Counted from the first letter of the stretch, positions 12,352 to 25,629 are shown. The stretch: 64,000 nt of DNA from Octopus sinensis (GCF_006345805.1 NC_042999.1:102362001-102426000), one strand, 5' to 3'. Translations and numbers: made by a program. Notes: generated by a model not told the origin, from the letters alone.

Positions 12352-12576
12352 AGTGTGTATCTGTGTTTGTCTCTCCCCACCGACCATCGCTTGGCAACCG
12401 ATATTGCTGTGTTCATGTCTCCGTAACTTAGCAGTTCGGCAAAAGAGAATGATGGAATAAGTACTAGGCATACAAAGAATAAATCTGAGGGCCGATCTCT
12501 TCAACTAAAACCCGTTAAGGCGGTGCTCCAGTATGGCCTCAGTCAAATGACTGAAGCAAGTATAAGAATAAAAGAA
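12352..12576 (+). mobile_element. SINE family B, 3' half
   Basis: cgtaacttagcagttcggcaaaagag...ggcggtgctccagtatggcctcagtcaaatgactgaa. Confidence 0.85.
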
Positions 12577-12577
12577 T

Positions 12578-12582
12578 ATGTG

Positions 12583-12638
<56 letters not shown>

Positions 12639-12668
12639 CGCGCGCGCGCGCGCGTGTGTGTGTGTGTG
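12578..12668. repeat. (TG)n-(CG)12-(TG)n alternating purine/pyrimidine tract
   Basis: (CG)12 at 12631-12654. Confidence 0.95.
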
Positions 12669-13103
12669 TATGATGTATTTTCCTGTTGAAGACGACTTAT
12701 AAGTGTTTGGCTTTTTGCCGAACGACCTGCACAAGTGATTTGTTCATAGTGATCGAATGTATGTGTTGTACATTAGTTCACTCCTTTCATCAAATCGACG
12801 TTGACGAGTGTTGTAAATGTTACCAAATTACACACACGCTTGTTCGTTGGTCAGAGCACCGTGTGGTAAAACACCCGAAACTCATAATCTATCATCAGAC
12901 AAGCTATTCAATTTGCCTTCGGGTTGGTTCAGGTACGTGAAGTTGATAAGCCACAAAAGTGCCAGAACATCGATGTTTTAATACTTTCAGATGTTTTAAT
13001 ACCTGGTCCTTTGAGAGAGTCATCTCCTCCGTGTGAAATTGCAGCCGATCAGCGAATAAACAAATCACATACATTGTATATGCGCGTTCGATAATGTTTA
13101 CTT

Positions 13104-13135
<32 letters not shown>

Positions 13136-14246
13136 AGACACACACAGACACACACACACACACACACACACAAATACACACACACACACACACACACTCG
13201 CACGCACGCACACACACATAAGTATGTATGCATATATGTGTGTGCGTTTATGTATATGTATGTATGTGTGTGCGCGCGCGTACATATGTATGTATATGTA
13301 TACATTTATCAATGTAAAAACAGTAATAACACAATTCAAGAAGCTCTACATTCCGAACAAAGCCATTATTTCACTATCACATGAAAAGCCCATGTCCTAT
13401 TCCCGTGGAGGAGACCGTGGGTTCCATAAACTGTTGTGAACGTATTCTATATGAAACCGGAATAACTCTGGATAGAAGTGGGATCTTTTCATTTCCAAGG
13501 CCTGTTTTGTCAGATTTTTCTAGTTAACTAAATAATTTGAAACTTCGTATACTGGTAGAGTGTCTCAAAAGAAAACACTAATTTCAACTTGTTTATTTGA
13601 GAAAAATGTATTTTATAACTTTAAGGGTAGATTAAATCTGCGAATTTTAACCAATCGTATTGTTTGTTTTCATTTGAAATAATTAACTGCATTATCTTAG
13701 TGTGACGTAGAAAGCTATTTTGTGACGTAGACAGCTGTGCGTAGGTCTGCGTTTTGTGTGCGTGTGTGTGTGTTTGATGGGGTGTGGGAGACAGAAAGTA
13801 TAGTTATTTGCCATACTACAAATAACAGCCAAATCCCCTTCTTCCTTATCACACTCTTACTGCCTTTAAAAAAATATAGGACACAATAGATAGTGTAATC
13901 TGAAGTAAATCGCTTGGAGGGAGAGGCAGAATAAAAGGTAGCGAGTGTGGTATACATTTCATCATAAGTGTACTTAATCATTGTTAACTTACGGTTAAAT
14001 AAAATATGGCAATCTGTGGTGGAGAGATAAGGTTGGGTGAAGAGAAGTCTAAGGTTATTTACAGAAAAGAGGATTATTTCCTAATGTCAAGAGGTATTAT
14101 CGCAGTTGTTGATACTCATAGCAAGCACATAATGTTGACACAAACACTCGTGAAGCTTGAGGTCGAAACTGATTTTAAGTAATACACACGCGCGTGCGCA
14201 CACACATGCAAAACATGTATGTATATATGTATGTATGTATGTATGT

Positions 14247-14664
14247 GGAGTGGCTGTGTGGTAAGTAGCTTGCTAACCAACCACATGGTTCCGGGTTCAG
14301 TCCCACTGCGTGGCATCTTGGGCAAGTGTTTCTGCTATAGCCTCGGGCCGACCAATGCCTTGTGAGTGGATTTGGTAGACGGAAACTGAAAGAAGCCTGT
14401 CGTATATATGTATATATATATATATAAGTGTGTGTGTGTATATGTTTGTGTGTCTGTGTTTGTCCCTCTAGCATTGCTTGACAACCGATGCTGGTGTGTT
14501 TACGTCCACGTCACTTAGCGGTTCGGCAAAAGAGACCGATAGAATAAGTACTGGGCTACAAAGAATAAGTCCCGGGGTCGATTTGCTCGACTAAAGGCGG
14601 TGCTCCAGCATGGCCGCAGTCAAATGACTGAAACAAGTAAAAGAGTAAAGAGAGAGTAAAGAGT
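14247..14664 (+). mobile_element. SINE family B
   Basis: A-box-like tggctgtgtgg; B-box-like ggttcagtccc; cttgggcaagt; internal (TA)(TG); tail gtaaaagagtaaag. Confidence 0.92.
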
Positions 14665-14842
14665 ATATATATAATATATATATATATATATAATATATAA
14701 TAGTATATATATTATATATATACATATATATATATATACATATATATATAATATATATATATATTATATTATACACACACACAACACACATACTACATAT
14801 ATATATATATAATATATATATAATATATATATATATATAATA

Positions 14843-15335
14843 TGTAAAGAAAATACAAACTGGGACAAGAACGCAAAAAAGAAGAACGCAAAAAAAAAAA
14901 AAGACGATGCAAAAAACACGGACGGGTCATTCGAAGCCTTCAATCTTCAGTCAAGAACCGAATCATCCTCGCAATTTCGGCTGATTAATCTTGAGATTGC
15001 TCCGATCCGGCTAGCCCCAAGGAAAAACTACGAGCATTAGATTTCTTGGAAAAAGGATCGAATGTATACGAAACAAGGACAGAAAAACGGACGATGCCAC
15101 ACGAATATAAATACAAAAAACAATAAAGTATTAACAGGACAAAAACAGCGGGTGTCTTACGACTATAGACAGTACAACTTAGCTTCACAGGCGTATTTGG
15201 AAAAAAATGCCTTTTTCGGAAGACGAAGAAAACGATGTTCTCGTGGCGGTGGTCAGAAGCCAAAAGGCTGGTAGACCAGCGGTCACGTGAGAGGAGAAGA
15301 GAGAGAAAAAAAGGGGGCAAAGGAATCAAAGAGAA
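14843..15335 (-). repeat. Microsatellite-embedded mini-element, Penelope-pLTR-like (tentative)
   Basis: Lies between (TA)n and (CA)n. The minus strand has nested stems (gccggatc/gattcggt; gcaat/attgc) with cGAAA, then CTGAAGA. Confidence 0.45.
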
Positions 15336-15337
15336 TA

Positions 15338-15387
<50 letters not shown>

Positions 15388-15407
15388 CATATATATATAC
15401 ATACATA

Positions 15408-16192
15408 TATCAAATCATCCCATAAGTTCTGTCCGAATTTTGAATAAAGAAAACAAGTGATCAAATGTTATATTTAATTGAAATTTACTCATCAATGTAC
15501 TTTCCCTGATTATCTATGACTTCCTTCCATCTATTTACAAGCTTTTTAATCCCATCAATATAAAATTCTTTTGGTTCCAAAGCGAAGAACTCTGAAATGT
15601 CAGTTTCGACTTCCTCCTGGCTTGCGAAAGTTATGTCCCCCAAATGATTCTGTAAACTACGAAAGAAATGGTAGTCTGAAGTAGCAAGGTCGGGAGAATA
15701 AGGTGGGTGAGGATTTCTTTCCCAACCATGCTTTTCGATCTTCTGTGATGTGATCTTTGCAGTGTGGGGTCGCGCATTGTCCTAATGAAACATCACTCCT
15801 TTTCGATTTACTAAAGCGGGTCTTCTTCCTTCAAAGCTTGGTTCAAACGCTCTAATTGCTGACAGTAGACTTGGGCATTGATTGTTGCATTAGGTGGTAA
15901 CAATTCGAAGTAAATTATTCCTTTGCAATCCCACCAGATAGAGAGAAGAACCTTTTTCCCATGAAGTACCCTTCTCGGTTGTGGTTGAGCTTTTTCCCTT
16001 TTACCAAGCCACTGTTTACGACGTTTAACATTTCGATAGAAGATCCATTTTTCGTTACAAGTCACAAGTCTATCCAAAAAGGGTGAAATGAGTCCGCGAG
16101 AACGGAGAGAAGAGCAGATGTCAACTCGACATTTACGGTTGCATTCGGACAATTCATGAGGCACCATTTTCCAAGTTTAGGAACCTTTCCAT
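15408..16192 (-). pseudogene. mariner transposase, C-terminal/catalytic half with one TIR
   Basis: (W)VPHEL, TCNEKW (decayed TGDEKW), WWDCKG, H*DNARPH, HPPYSPDLATSDY motifs; stops and frameshifts; TA-flanked end tatcaaatcatcccataag. Confidence 0.95.
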
Positions 16193-16193
16193 A

Positions 16194-16266
<73 letters not shown>

Positions 16267-16289
16267 AAAATGTGTTGTTGAAAATGCAC

Positions 16290-16920
16290 CTAAATTTTAA
16301 AAACTCGTAAATGTTAAAAATACATTTATTTACATATATACCAAACTGGTTTCAACAATATTTTTTGTTTATCAACGGTAAAAGTTTAAAATTAGAAAAA
16401 TATCTTTAAAAGTTTCAATGTTGACAAATTAAAATGTTTCAATGTTGATAAACTAACATGTTCAAAACAGAAGCTGTAAGTTTGAGTGTTCATAGCAGTC
16501 AATAAAATTAAACCTGTATATCAATTTGTTTGAATGTACAAAGTTCATTAATTTTAGTCATACTGGAAAAAAACAAGTGTGAAATGAAAGTTGTAGTGGT
16601 ATGTTTTGGGATCATATGAATTTATTTTTTCTCCGCGAGCAGATCTGATTTTTGATTAGTTAAAATACTGGTGACGTTTTTTTTTTCCCCGTGGTCAAGT
16701 TTGTCGTTCTGCTTGGTTGGTTTCCTTGTGGAGACGGTCAAAAGTCGTTCCGGTTGGTTGGTTCTCTTGTTCTGAATTTCGGTTTTGATTGGTCTGGAGT
16801 TAGGTGACGACATCCAGTGGTGTTTGTAGAATTTCATTGGACTGGAGGTGGGTGACGTCAGCAACTGGTATTTGTATAGTGATTTGGAGTTGCAGTTTCG
16901 GAACCCCGGTGGAAAATTGT
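16290..16920 (-). mobile_element. Probable decayed Penelope-like 3' end with hammerhead remnant
   Basis: The ORF ending ILTNQKSDLLA resembles the PLE terminal LLNxxSEL motif. A type I hammerhead-shaped motif lies downstream at 16340-16379. Confidence 0.4.
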
Positions 16921-17134
16921 TACTAAAGTTAAAAAAAAAAAAATTTTGTTGTTCCTGGTTGTTTTTTTTTTGTGTTGAAATTGAATCTTTTTCCTTTTCT
17001 TTTTACTGCTTTTTCTTCTTTCTAAAGGATATTCAGCTGTGATTTATATTTTTTAATCAGTATGTTTTCCTTATTTAAATGGAATTGGGTTGAAGTGTTT
17101 CCAGTGCATTGATGGAGAAGGAAGATTTGGTATT

Positions 17135-18132
17135 TAGGTTTTATGTGTACGGTGCATTGGTCTAGGTGCAAATGGAGGAAGAGGACTGATAAGTGTGGAA
17201 GACTGCGTGCGTATCAAACTCGAGAGCTTAATGAGATACCTAGCCCAAAGTAAGGAATCCTTGCTAGTGACAGTTAGGAACGAGTGAGTTTTGAAAATAG
17301 AGAAAAAAAAAAGGTACAACAAAAGAAGTACAAAAAGGACATGAAGAAGAATTACGCAAGAATGGACTACACAATCAATTCCATATTTCCACAACAGAAG
17401 TTGCTGGAAAAAATATATGGGATTGGCTGATGAAAGGTACACTGAAAAAAGAAACCGAGAGCACTATACTGGCAGTGCAAGACCGAGCTTTGGCCTCGAA
17501 CAGGACGGTCAACATTAGGAATGAGCAAGTGTCTCCGCTGTGCCGCATCTGCAATAGAATGGATGAAACCATTGCTCATATCACGAACGAGTGCCCTAGA
17601 CTTGCCCAAAACCACTACAAGTTGTGACGACATGACGAAGTAGTGAAAGTGCTACATTGGAAACTGTGAAAAGTAGGGGCTAGAGAGAGGCAAGACGTGG
17701 TATGAGAGGAAACTGCAGAGAGTGGCAGAGAAAGAGACTAGCAAAATACTGTGTGATTTCCCAATCCAAACATATCAGGTGCTAGAGCATAGCAGACCGG
17801 GCCTACTGGTGGTGGACAAAAGTCGAGGTTAGCTTGGGAAGTTAAGCAGTTGTGGTCGATGAAAAAGGTAGCAGTAGTACCAATAATTGTCGGAGCCCTG
17901 GGAAGAGTGAGTAAAAATCTCGAGAAGTACGTGGAACGAATAGGGGTTGCAATAAGGGTGGAGCACTTGCAGAAAACAGCACTGCTTGGAACCGCTCGAA
18001 TACTCCGGAAGGTGCTCGAAAAATATGAGGTGTTACCTTAGTTCACTGGTAGTGAACAGCTGACACTGTAGTGCATCTCCGGCGTTAGAAGCTGTGCAGA
18101 GACAATGATGATGATGATGATGATGATGATAA
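17135..18132 (+). mobile_element. R4/Dong-like non-LTR retrotransposon, old decayed copy (REL endonuclease)
   Basis: GGRGLISVEDC; LKKETESTILAVQD; CRICNRMDETIAHITNEC (CCHC); RHD; VVPIIVGALG; LQKTALLGTARILRKVL; (gat/aat)n tail. Confidence 0.9.
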
Positions 18133-18424
18133 TAATAATGATAGGCACAAGGCCTGACATTTTTGGGGAAGGGACTTGTTGATTACATCGACCCCAGTGT
18201 TTCATTGGTACTTAATTTATCGACCCCCAAAAGGACGAAAGGCTAAGTTGACCTCGGCGAAATTGAACTCAGAACTTAAGTATGGGCGAAATACCGCTAA
18301 GCATTTCGTCCAGCGTGCTAACGATTCTTCCAGGTCGCCGCCTTTATGATGATAATAATCCTTTCTACTATAGGCACAAGTCGACCTCGGCAGAATTTGA
18401 ACTCGGAACGTAGCGACAGACGAA
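18133..18424 (-). mobile_element. SINE family A, short-tail copy plus an internally deleted second copy
   Basis: Reverse complement of A head/body; ends ccaggtcgccgcc at ~18342; second fragment 18360-18424. Confidence 0.85.
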
Positions 18425-18426
18425 TG

Positions 18427-18462
<36 letters not shown>

Positions 18463-18480
18463 TAATAATAATAATAATAA

Positions 18481-19265
18481 AATGTGATGAAAAATGGAGC
18501 AGACCCAAAATGCCGATTCTGCAACGACATGATTGAAACAGTGGACCACCTAATCTCTGGATGTAAAGTCTTAGCACCAGTGGAGTATAAATTAAGACAT
18601 GACAGAGTTGGCCAATATCTACACTGGCTAATAAGTCGGCATTACAATATCAAAACTGCCGACAAGTGGTATAATCACCACCCTGAGGCTGTAACTGAAG
18701 GAGAAAATGTAACCATTCTGTGGGACTTTCCAGTACATACAGACCGAAACATCAAGGCCAATAAACCAGATATTGTTGTGAAAGATCAAAACAATAAAGT
18801 TTGCTTATTGATCGACATGAGCATCCCCTGTGATCATAATATCTCAGCGAAAGAGTTTGACAAGCTCAGAAAATATAAAGACCTACTCATTGAAATTGAG
18901 AAAATGTGGCATCTCAAGGCGGTTACAATACCAGTGATCGTAGGAGCACTAGGAATGATCAAGAAGGGAACCGAAAATTATATGAGAATGATCCCTGGCT
19001 TACCATCCCTGCAAGAAGTGCAAAAGATTGTCTTAACTGGTACATCACACGTATTGAGAAGAGCATTGTCGATGTGAGAACTGTTGCTGCTCATGTATTT
19101 TAATTTAACTTTAAAAAATTTTTTTAAATAATAAAATTTTTTAAATGAACGAACTATTGAGTTTGGTTTAATGGCCTACCAATGTATACTATGAATTTCT
19201 TTGCCCTAGGAGTCGGGAAGACACTCGGCAAGAAATGGAAGCATATTTGAAAGAAGAAAAAAAAG
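18481..19265 (+). mobile_element. Dong-like (R4 clade) element, young 5'-truncated copy in (TAA)n
   Basis: Open 197-aa frame with CRFC..H....C, RHD, KPDIVV..IDMS (PD-D REL). (taa)n on both sides. Four substitutions versus the matching ORF part of the next copy. Confidence 0.95.
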
Positions 19266-19662
19266 TAATAATAATAATAATAATAATAATACTTTCTACT
19301 TTAGGCCACAAGACCTGAAATTTGAGAAGAGAGGACTAGTCGATTACATCGACCCCAGTATTTCACTGCTACTTAGTTTATCGACCCCTCGGCGGAATTT
19401 GAACTCAGAACATAGTGACAGGTGAAATATCTATTTCTTTACTACCCACAAGGGGCTAGACACAGAGAGTACAAACAAGGACAGACAAACGGATTAAGTC
19501 GATTATATCGACCCCAGTGCGTAACTGGTACTTATTTAATCGATCCCGAAAGGATGAAAGGCAAAGTCGACCTCGGCGGAATTTGAACTCAGAACGTAGC
19601 GGCAAACGAAATACCGCTGAGCATTTCGCCCGGCGTGCTAACGTCTCTGCCAGCTTACCGCT
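19266..19662 (-). mobile_element. SINE family A nest (long-tail copy inside an older short-tail copy)
   Basis: Minus strand: complete long-tail copy ending aaagaaata, then gatatttc... body of a short-tail copy ending in (tta)n. Confidence 0.88.
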
Positions 19663-19665
19663 TTA

Positions 19666-19730
<65 letters not shown>

Positions 19731-19788
19731 TAATAATAATGATAATAATAATAATAATAAAAATCATAATAATAATAATGATAATAAT

Positions 19789-21505
19789 ACTTAAAACTTT
19801 ATGGTAAAGACAATAATGAACTTGAAGGCCTATTGCGCACCGTGAAAGCATTCAGCGATGACATCGGGATGGAGTTTGGACTTGAGAAGTGTGCCAAGGC
19901 CACTTTCCAGAAAGGGAAAGTGAAGACCACAAATTCAGTCGTGTTAGATGTTGACACAGTCATAAGAGAGCTTGAGCAAGAACAAACATACAAATATTTA
20001 GGGATAAATGAAGGCTCTGGTATTCAGCATGCAAGCATGAAAGAGAAGATCAGGAAGGAATGTTATAGGAGAGTTCGTGCAGTCCTGAAATCTGAACTAA
20101 TGCACGTAACAAGGTGTTAGCTATAAATTCCTTAGCAGTTCCAGTTGTTACTTATAGCTACAATGTGTTGAACTGGAATATGAGTGAAGTAAAGAATATA
20201 GATAGGAAAATACGCAAGCTGCTGAGTTGTAATAGGATGCACCACCCAAAGGCGGACGTAGATCGCCTTTACCTTCCCAGAGCCCAAGGAGGTCGAGGCC
20301 TGATCCAATTTGAACTAGCTTACAAAACAACCACAATTGGACTGGCCAAATATCTCGAAATATCGAATGACTGGATGCTAAAGCTCGTGGAAAATCACGA
20401 GAGACGAAAGAAGCTTCATTCTATCATAAAGGAAAGCAAAAAATTTGCTATTGATCTCGTGCAGGATACCCAAACTGAACAACCCAAGGGAAGTACGGCA
20501 ACTATTGTTGCAAAGAAGGTGAAAATGATGGCAATGAAAAAAGCGCACGAGCAATTGGCTGATAGGTGGGAGGAGAAACCTCTGCACGGCAAATATGTGA
20601 CCCGCAGCAAACAAGCTGATGTTGACCAGAAGCAAACCCATCAGTGGCTACGGAGCTCAAGGCTAAAAGCAGAGAGCGAAGGTTTCATTCTGGCTGCTCA
20701 AGATCAAAGCCTATTAACCCGGAACTACCAGGCCAATGTGATGAAAAATGGAGCAGACCCAAAATACCGATTCTGCAACGACATGATTGAAACAGTGGAC
20801 CACCTAATCTCTGGATGTAAAGTCTTAGCACCAGTGGAGTATAAATTAAGACATGACAGAGTTGGCCAATATCTACACTGGCTAATAAGTCGGCATTACA
20901 ATATCAAAACTGCCGACAAGTGGTATAATCACCACCCTGAGGCTGTAACTGAAGGAGAAAATGTAACCATTCTGTGGGACTTTCCAGTACATACAGACCG
21001 AACCATCAAGGCCAATAAACCAGATATTGTTGTGAAAGACCAAAACAATAAAGTTTGCTTATTGATCGACATGAGCATCCCCTGTGATCATAATATCTCA
21101 GCGAAAGAGTTTGACAAGCTCAGAAAATATAAAGACCTACTCATTGAAATTGAGAAAATGTGGCATCTCAAGGCGGTTACAATACCAGTGATCGTAGGAG
21201 CACTAGGAATGATCAAGAAGGGAACCGAAAATTATATGAGAATGATCCCTGGCTTACCATCCCTGCAAGAAGTGCAAAAGATTGTCTTAACTGGTACATC
21301 ACAAGTATTGAGAAGAGCATTGTCGATGTGAGAACTGTTGCTGCTCATGTATTTTAATTTAACTTAAAAAAAAAAAAAAAAATGAACGAACTATTGAGTT
21401 TGGTTTAATGGCCTACCAATGTATACTATGAATTTCTTTGCCCTAGGAGTCGGGAAGATACTCGGCAAGAAATGGAAGCAAATTTGAAAGAAGAAAAAAA
21501 AAGTA
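19789..21505 (+). mobile_element. Dong-like (R4 clade) element, 1.7-kb young copy: RT C-terminal part, zinc knuckle, REL endonuclease, 3' UTR
   Basis: LKLY..FSDDIGMEFGLEKC, YKYLG, GGRGL, AAQDQ, RHD, PD..D. One frameshift near 20099 (missing A). First knuckle Cys is Tyr. Stop at 21331. (taa)n flanks. Confidence 0.95.
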
Positions 21506-21549
21506 ATAATAATAATAATAATAATGATAATAATAATAACAACAACATA

Positions 21550-22086
21550 CATTGGCTTTCATGGCTTCAAGCAGAAGTTCTCTAGGCTTCTGATCTTAAC
21601 TGATTGGAAGTGTTATCATGTACATTGTTTTGTTTTGGTATATAAAATGGACTACAGCAAATATTCTGCTCAATACCACAGATTTGCTTTGTTTGACCTT
21701 AACCACTTGAGCATGTCTCTTGTCAGTTGTTTGACTTAACCAGTTGAGCATGTCCTTAGATATTGTGCATCTCTGATAACGAGCAGAAATAGTGAGGGAG
21801 AATCATAGCCATGTGTTGAGAGGAATACTTTGGGGTTTGGATAATTCACCTTTGGAAACATGGGTGTTTCGTTCAGCATCCTTAAACAACCCTTATTCAG
21901 GGACCTTTTTAGCGGGATGGGCTACTCAACCTGAAGAAAATTCTAACTGGGCCTCACCTCCAAATCTTGATATGAGATCACCATGTCGCGCACATATGGT
22001 TGTAATGCATGTGCCTGGTGTAGCCTTACCAGACGAGTAGACATGATGGCTATACTGGGATTCGTATATTTGCACCCCAGTGTCAC
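21550..22086. repeat. Unclassified repeat-like segment between microsatellites
   Basis: Bounded by (taa)n and (aag)/(aac)n; internal duplication tgtttgac(c)ttaacca(c/g)ttgagcatgtc. Confidence 0.4.
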
Positions 22087-22154
22087 AAGAAGAAGAAGAA
22101 GAAGGAGAAGAACAACAACAACAACAACAGTAACAACAACAATAACAACAACAA

Positions 22155-22203
<49 letters not shown>

Positions 22204-22208
22204 AATAA

Positions 22209-22609
22209 TGTGGTAAAGTAGCTTGCTAACCAACCACATGGTTCCGGGTTCAGGCCCACTGCGTGGCATCTTGGGCAAGTGCCTTCTGCTATAGCCCCGG
22301 GCCGACCAATGCCTTGTGAGTGGATTTGGTAGACGGAAACTGAAAGAAGCCTGTCGTATATGTGTATATATATATATGTGTGTGTATGTGTTTGTGTGTC
22401 TGTGTTTGTCCCCCTAGCATTGCTTGACAACCGATGCTGGTGTGTTTACGTCCCCGTTACTTAGCGGTTCGGCAAAAGAACCGATAGAATAAGTACTGGG
22501 CTTCCAAAGAATAAGTCCCGGGGTCGATTTGCTCGACTAAAGGCGGTGCTCCAGCATGGCCGCAGTCAAATAACTGAAACAAGTAAAAGAGTAAAGAGTA
22601 AAGAGAGTA
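22209..22609 (+). mobile_element. SINE family B
   Basis: Near-identical to the 14247 copy; slightly 5'-truncated. Confidence 0.92.
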
Positions 22610-22769
22610 ATAGTACATTAGATGTATTTATGCTGCAGGTACCAAGATAGCAAATGCAGAGAGCAGAGGTGAGGATTGCAATGAAGAGTGCAAAGTGCAC
22701 GCGCGTGCGCGCTTGCACACACACACACACGTACACTCACACATATATGCATACATATACACATACATA

Positions 22770-22821
<52 letters not shown>

Positions 22822-22991
22822 TTAGAGATAAAACCACTATTAGGCAAATCAAACAGTGAAAATCATAAGCCAATACATAAAATTAATTTAAAAATATAAA
22901 AGTTAAAAATTAAAAAAATTATTTAAATAATTAAACTTATAAATTTTAAATATATATATATACAAATATATATATATATATATATATATAG

Positions 22992-23054
<63 letters not shown>

Positions 23055-23172
23055 CTTTTGAATGAAACAGTTCTAGTCCTGTAGAAGCTGCTTCTATAAA
23101 ATAAATTAATTTACTCTGCTATGTATTGAGTACCTTATTTACTGTGGTTAACCCCCGACTCAACCCGGGACC

Positions 23173-23247
<75 letters not shown>

Positions 23248-23770
23248 ATATTTTTATATTTATATATTATTTTATTAATTAATTAATTAATTTTTTTTAT
23301 ATATAAATATCAAAAGTATTAAAAGTTTAATAAAAGATATATATACCGATATATATACAGGCGCGCGCGCACACACACACACACATACACACACACACAC
23401 TCATAATCAACCTACATGTTTAGCAAGCTAGTAAAGATTTTCATTACAGGTGAATAAGATATAGTTGCTAAGATTAATATTTTCATGACAGTGAGTTAGA
23501 TGTTACGTAGATAAGTCGGTATTGAAAATGGCCTCTGAGAATATCTTTGTCATACCAGTGGAACATGTGAAGATCGGTGAATAGAAATCTTTCTTATATT
23601 TTTGTTTTGTTAAGACCTACGTCGTATATACCATTGTTTTCATGTTTTCTTCCTTTTTTTACATTACCATCGAATTTATTTTAATTAATGGAAAACTCGA
23701 GGTATTTTAAAATTGGAGCACGTACTGCTGTTTTATCAAAAATGTGTATGCGTCGGTATGTGTGTCTATG

Positions 23771-23821
<51 letters not shown>

Positions 23822-23880
23822 ACGTATATGTGCTTGAGTATCCATATATATGATGCTTGTATGTATGCATATATGCATAT

Positions 23881-24045
23881 AGGCGCAAGAATGGCTGTGT
23901 GGTAAGTAGCTTGTTTACCAACCACATGGTTCCGGGTTCAGTCCCACTGCGTGGCACCTTGGGCAAGTGTCTTCTACTATAGCCTCGGGCCGACCAAAGC
24001 CTTGTGAGTGGATTTGGTAGACGGAAACTGAAAGAAGCCCGTCGT

Positions 24046-24090
<45 letters not shown>

Positions 24091-24300
24091 TGTGTGTGTT
24101 TGTGTGTCTGTATTTGTCCCCCTAGCATTGCTTGACAACCGATGCTGGTGTGTTTATGTCCCCGTAACTTAGCGGACCGATAGAATAAGTACTGGGCTTA
24201 CAAAAGAATAAGTCCCGGGGTCGAGTTGCTCGATTAAAGGTGGTGCTCCAGCATGGCCGCAGTCAAATGACTGAAACAAGTAAAAGAGTAAAAGAGCAAA
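23881..24300 (+). mobile_element. SINE family B
   Basis: Full head aggcgcaagaatggctgtgtgg through tail gtaaaagagtaaaag. Confidence 0.92.
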
Positions 24301-24675
24301 AGAGAGAGAGATATGTATGTATGTATGTATGTAAATTTGTATGTCTGTCTGCCTGTCTGTATGCATGTATGCATGCATATGTACTTATATATATGCGCGC
24401 GCGCGCGTGTGTGTATACATATATGTAAAGATATCAATACCATGTGTGCGCGTGCAAGCAGCGTGTGTGTGTGTGTGTGTGTATGTATGGAAGGTGATTC
24501 AGAAGTTCCATTAACCTTTAAATAATATATTAAAAAGATCGATATTTTTTTTAAAGTTATGTGATTTATAAAAAAAATATTTTCATTATTATCTTTGCTA
24601 TTTTGTTCCAAATATCTCTTAATATCCATCCATCCATCCATCCATCCATCCATTCATACACCCTACACACACACA

Positions 24676-24711
<36 letters not shown>

Positions 24712-24712
<1 letters not shown>

Positions 24713-24881
24713 CGCAGGAGTGGCTGTGTGGTAAGTAGCTTGTTTACCAACCACATGGTTCCGGGTTCAGTCCCACTGCGTGGCACCTTGGGCAAGTGTC
24801 TTCTACTATAGCCTCGGGCTGACCAAAGCCTTGTGAGTGGATTTGGTAGACGGAAACTGAAAGAAGCCCGTCGTATATATG

Positions 24882-24914
<33 letters not shown>

Positions 24915-25137
24915 GTGTGTGTGTGTTTGTGTGTATGTGTTTGTCCCCCTAGCATTGCTTGACAACCGATGCTGGTGCGTTTATGTCCCCGTCACTTAGC
25001 GGTTCGGCAAAAAGAGACCGATAGAATAAGTACTGGGCTTACAAAGAATAAGTCCCGGGGTCGAGTTGCTCGATTAAAGGCAGTGCTCCAGCATGGCCGC
25101 TGTCAAATGGCTGAAACAAGTAAAAGAGTAAAAGAGT
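24712..25137 (+). mobile_element. SINE family B
   Basis: Full-length with CpGs retained. Confidence 0.92.
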
Positions 25138-25510
25138 ATATGTCTGAGTATATTAAAAATATCATTGTTAAAAAATGAAAGAGTAGCTATCGTCCTCAAA
25201 ATGGCATTGCCATACGCAGGTACATATCAGCGTAGGCAGGTTCACTAGTAATTTTTATGGCGTGTCAATTTAAGTTTTTTTCAAGCGTTTCAAATCAGGT
25301 TTTCAGAAGTTTCAATTTCCTCTTTCCTCAATTTGTCACCCAAACGTTATAGAGCAACATACTGCAACTGGGTACCCCCCTCCCCTCCCACACTATGACC
25401 TGAATCCTTTTAGCCGTCTTTTATGACCTGCAGTAATATGGTGTACCTATTCTAATAACCAGGATACACACTGCTACAACACACACACATACGTGCACAC
25501 GTGAGCACTC

Positions 25511-25611
<101 letters not shown>

Positions 25612-25629
25612 ACTATCTATCTTCATACT

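Noticed and set aside
20114-21331. 405-aa ORF as a host gene or active element
   Set aside because: It is a 5'-truncated retrotransposon lacking most of the RT, with an upstream frameshift and a Cys>Tyr change in the zinc knuckle.
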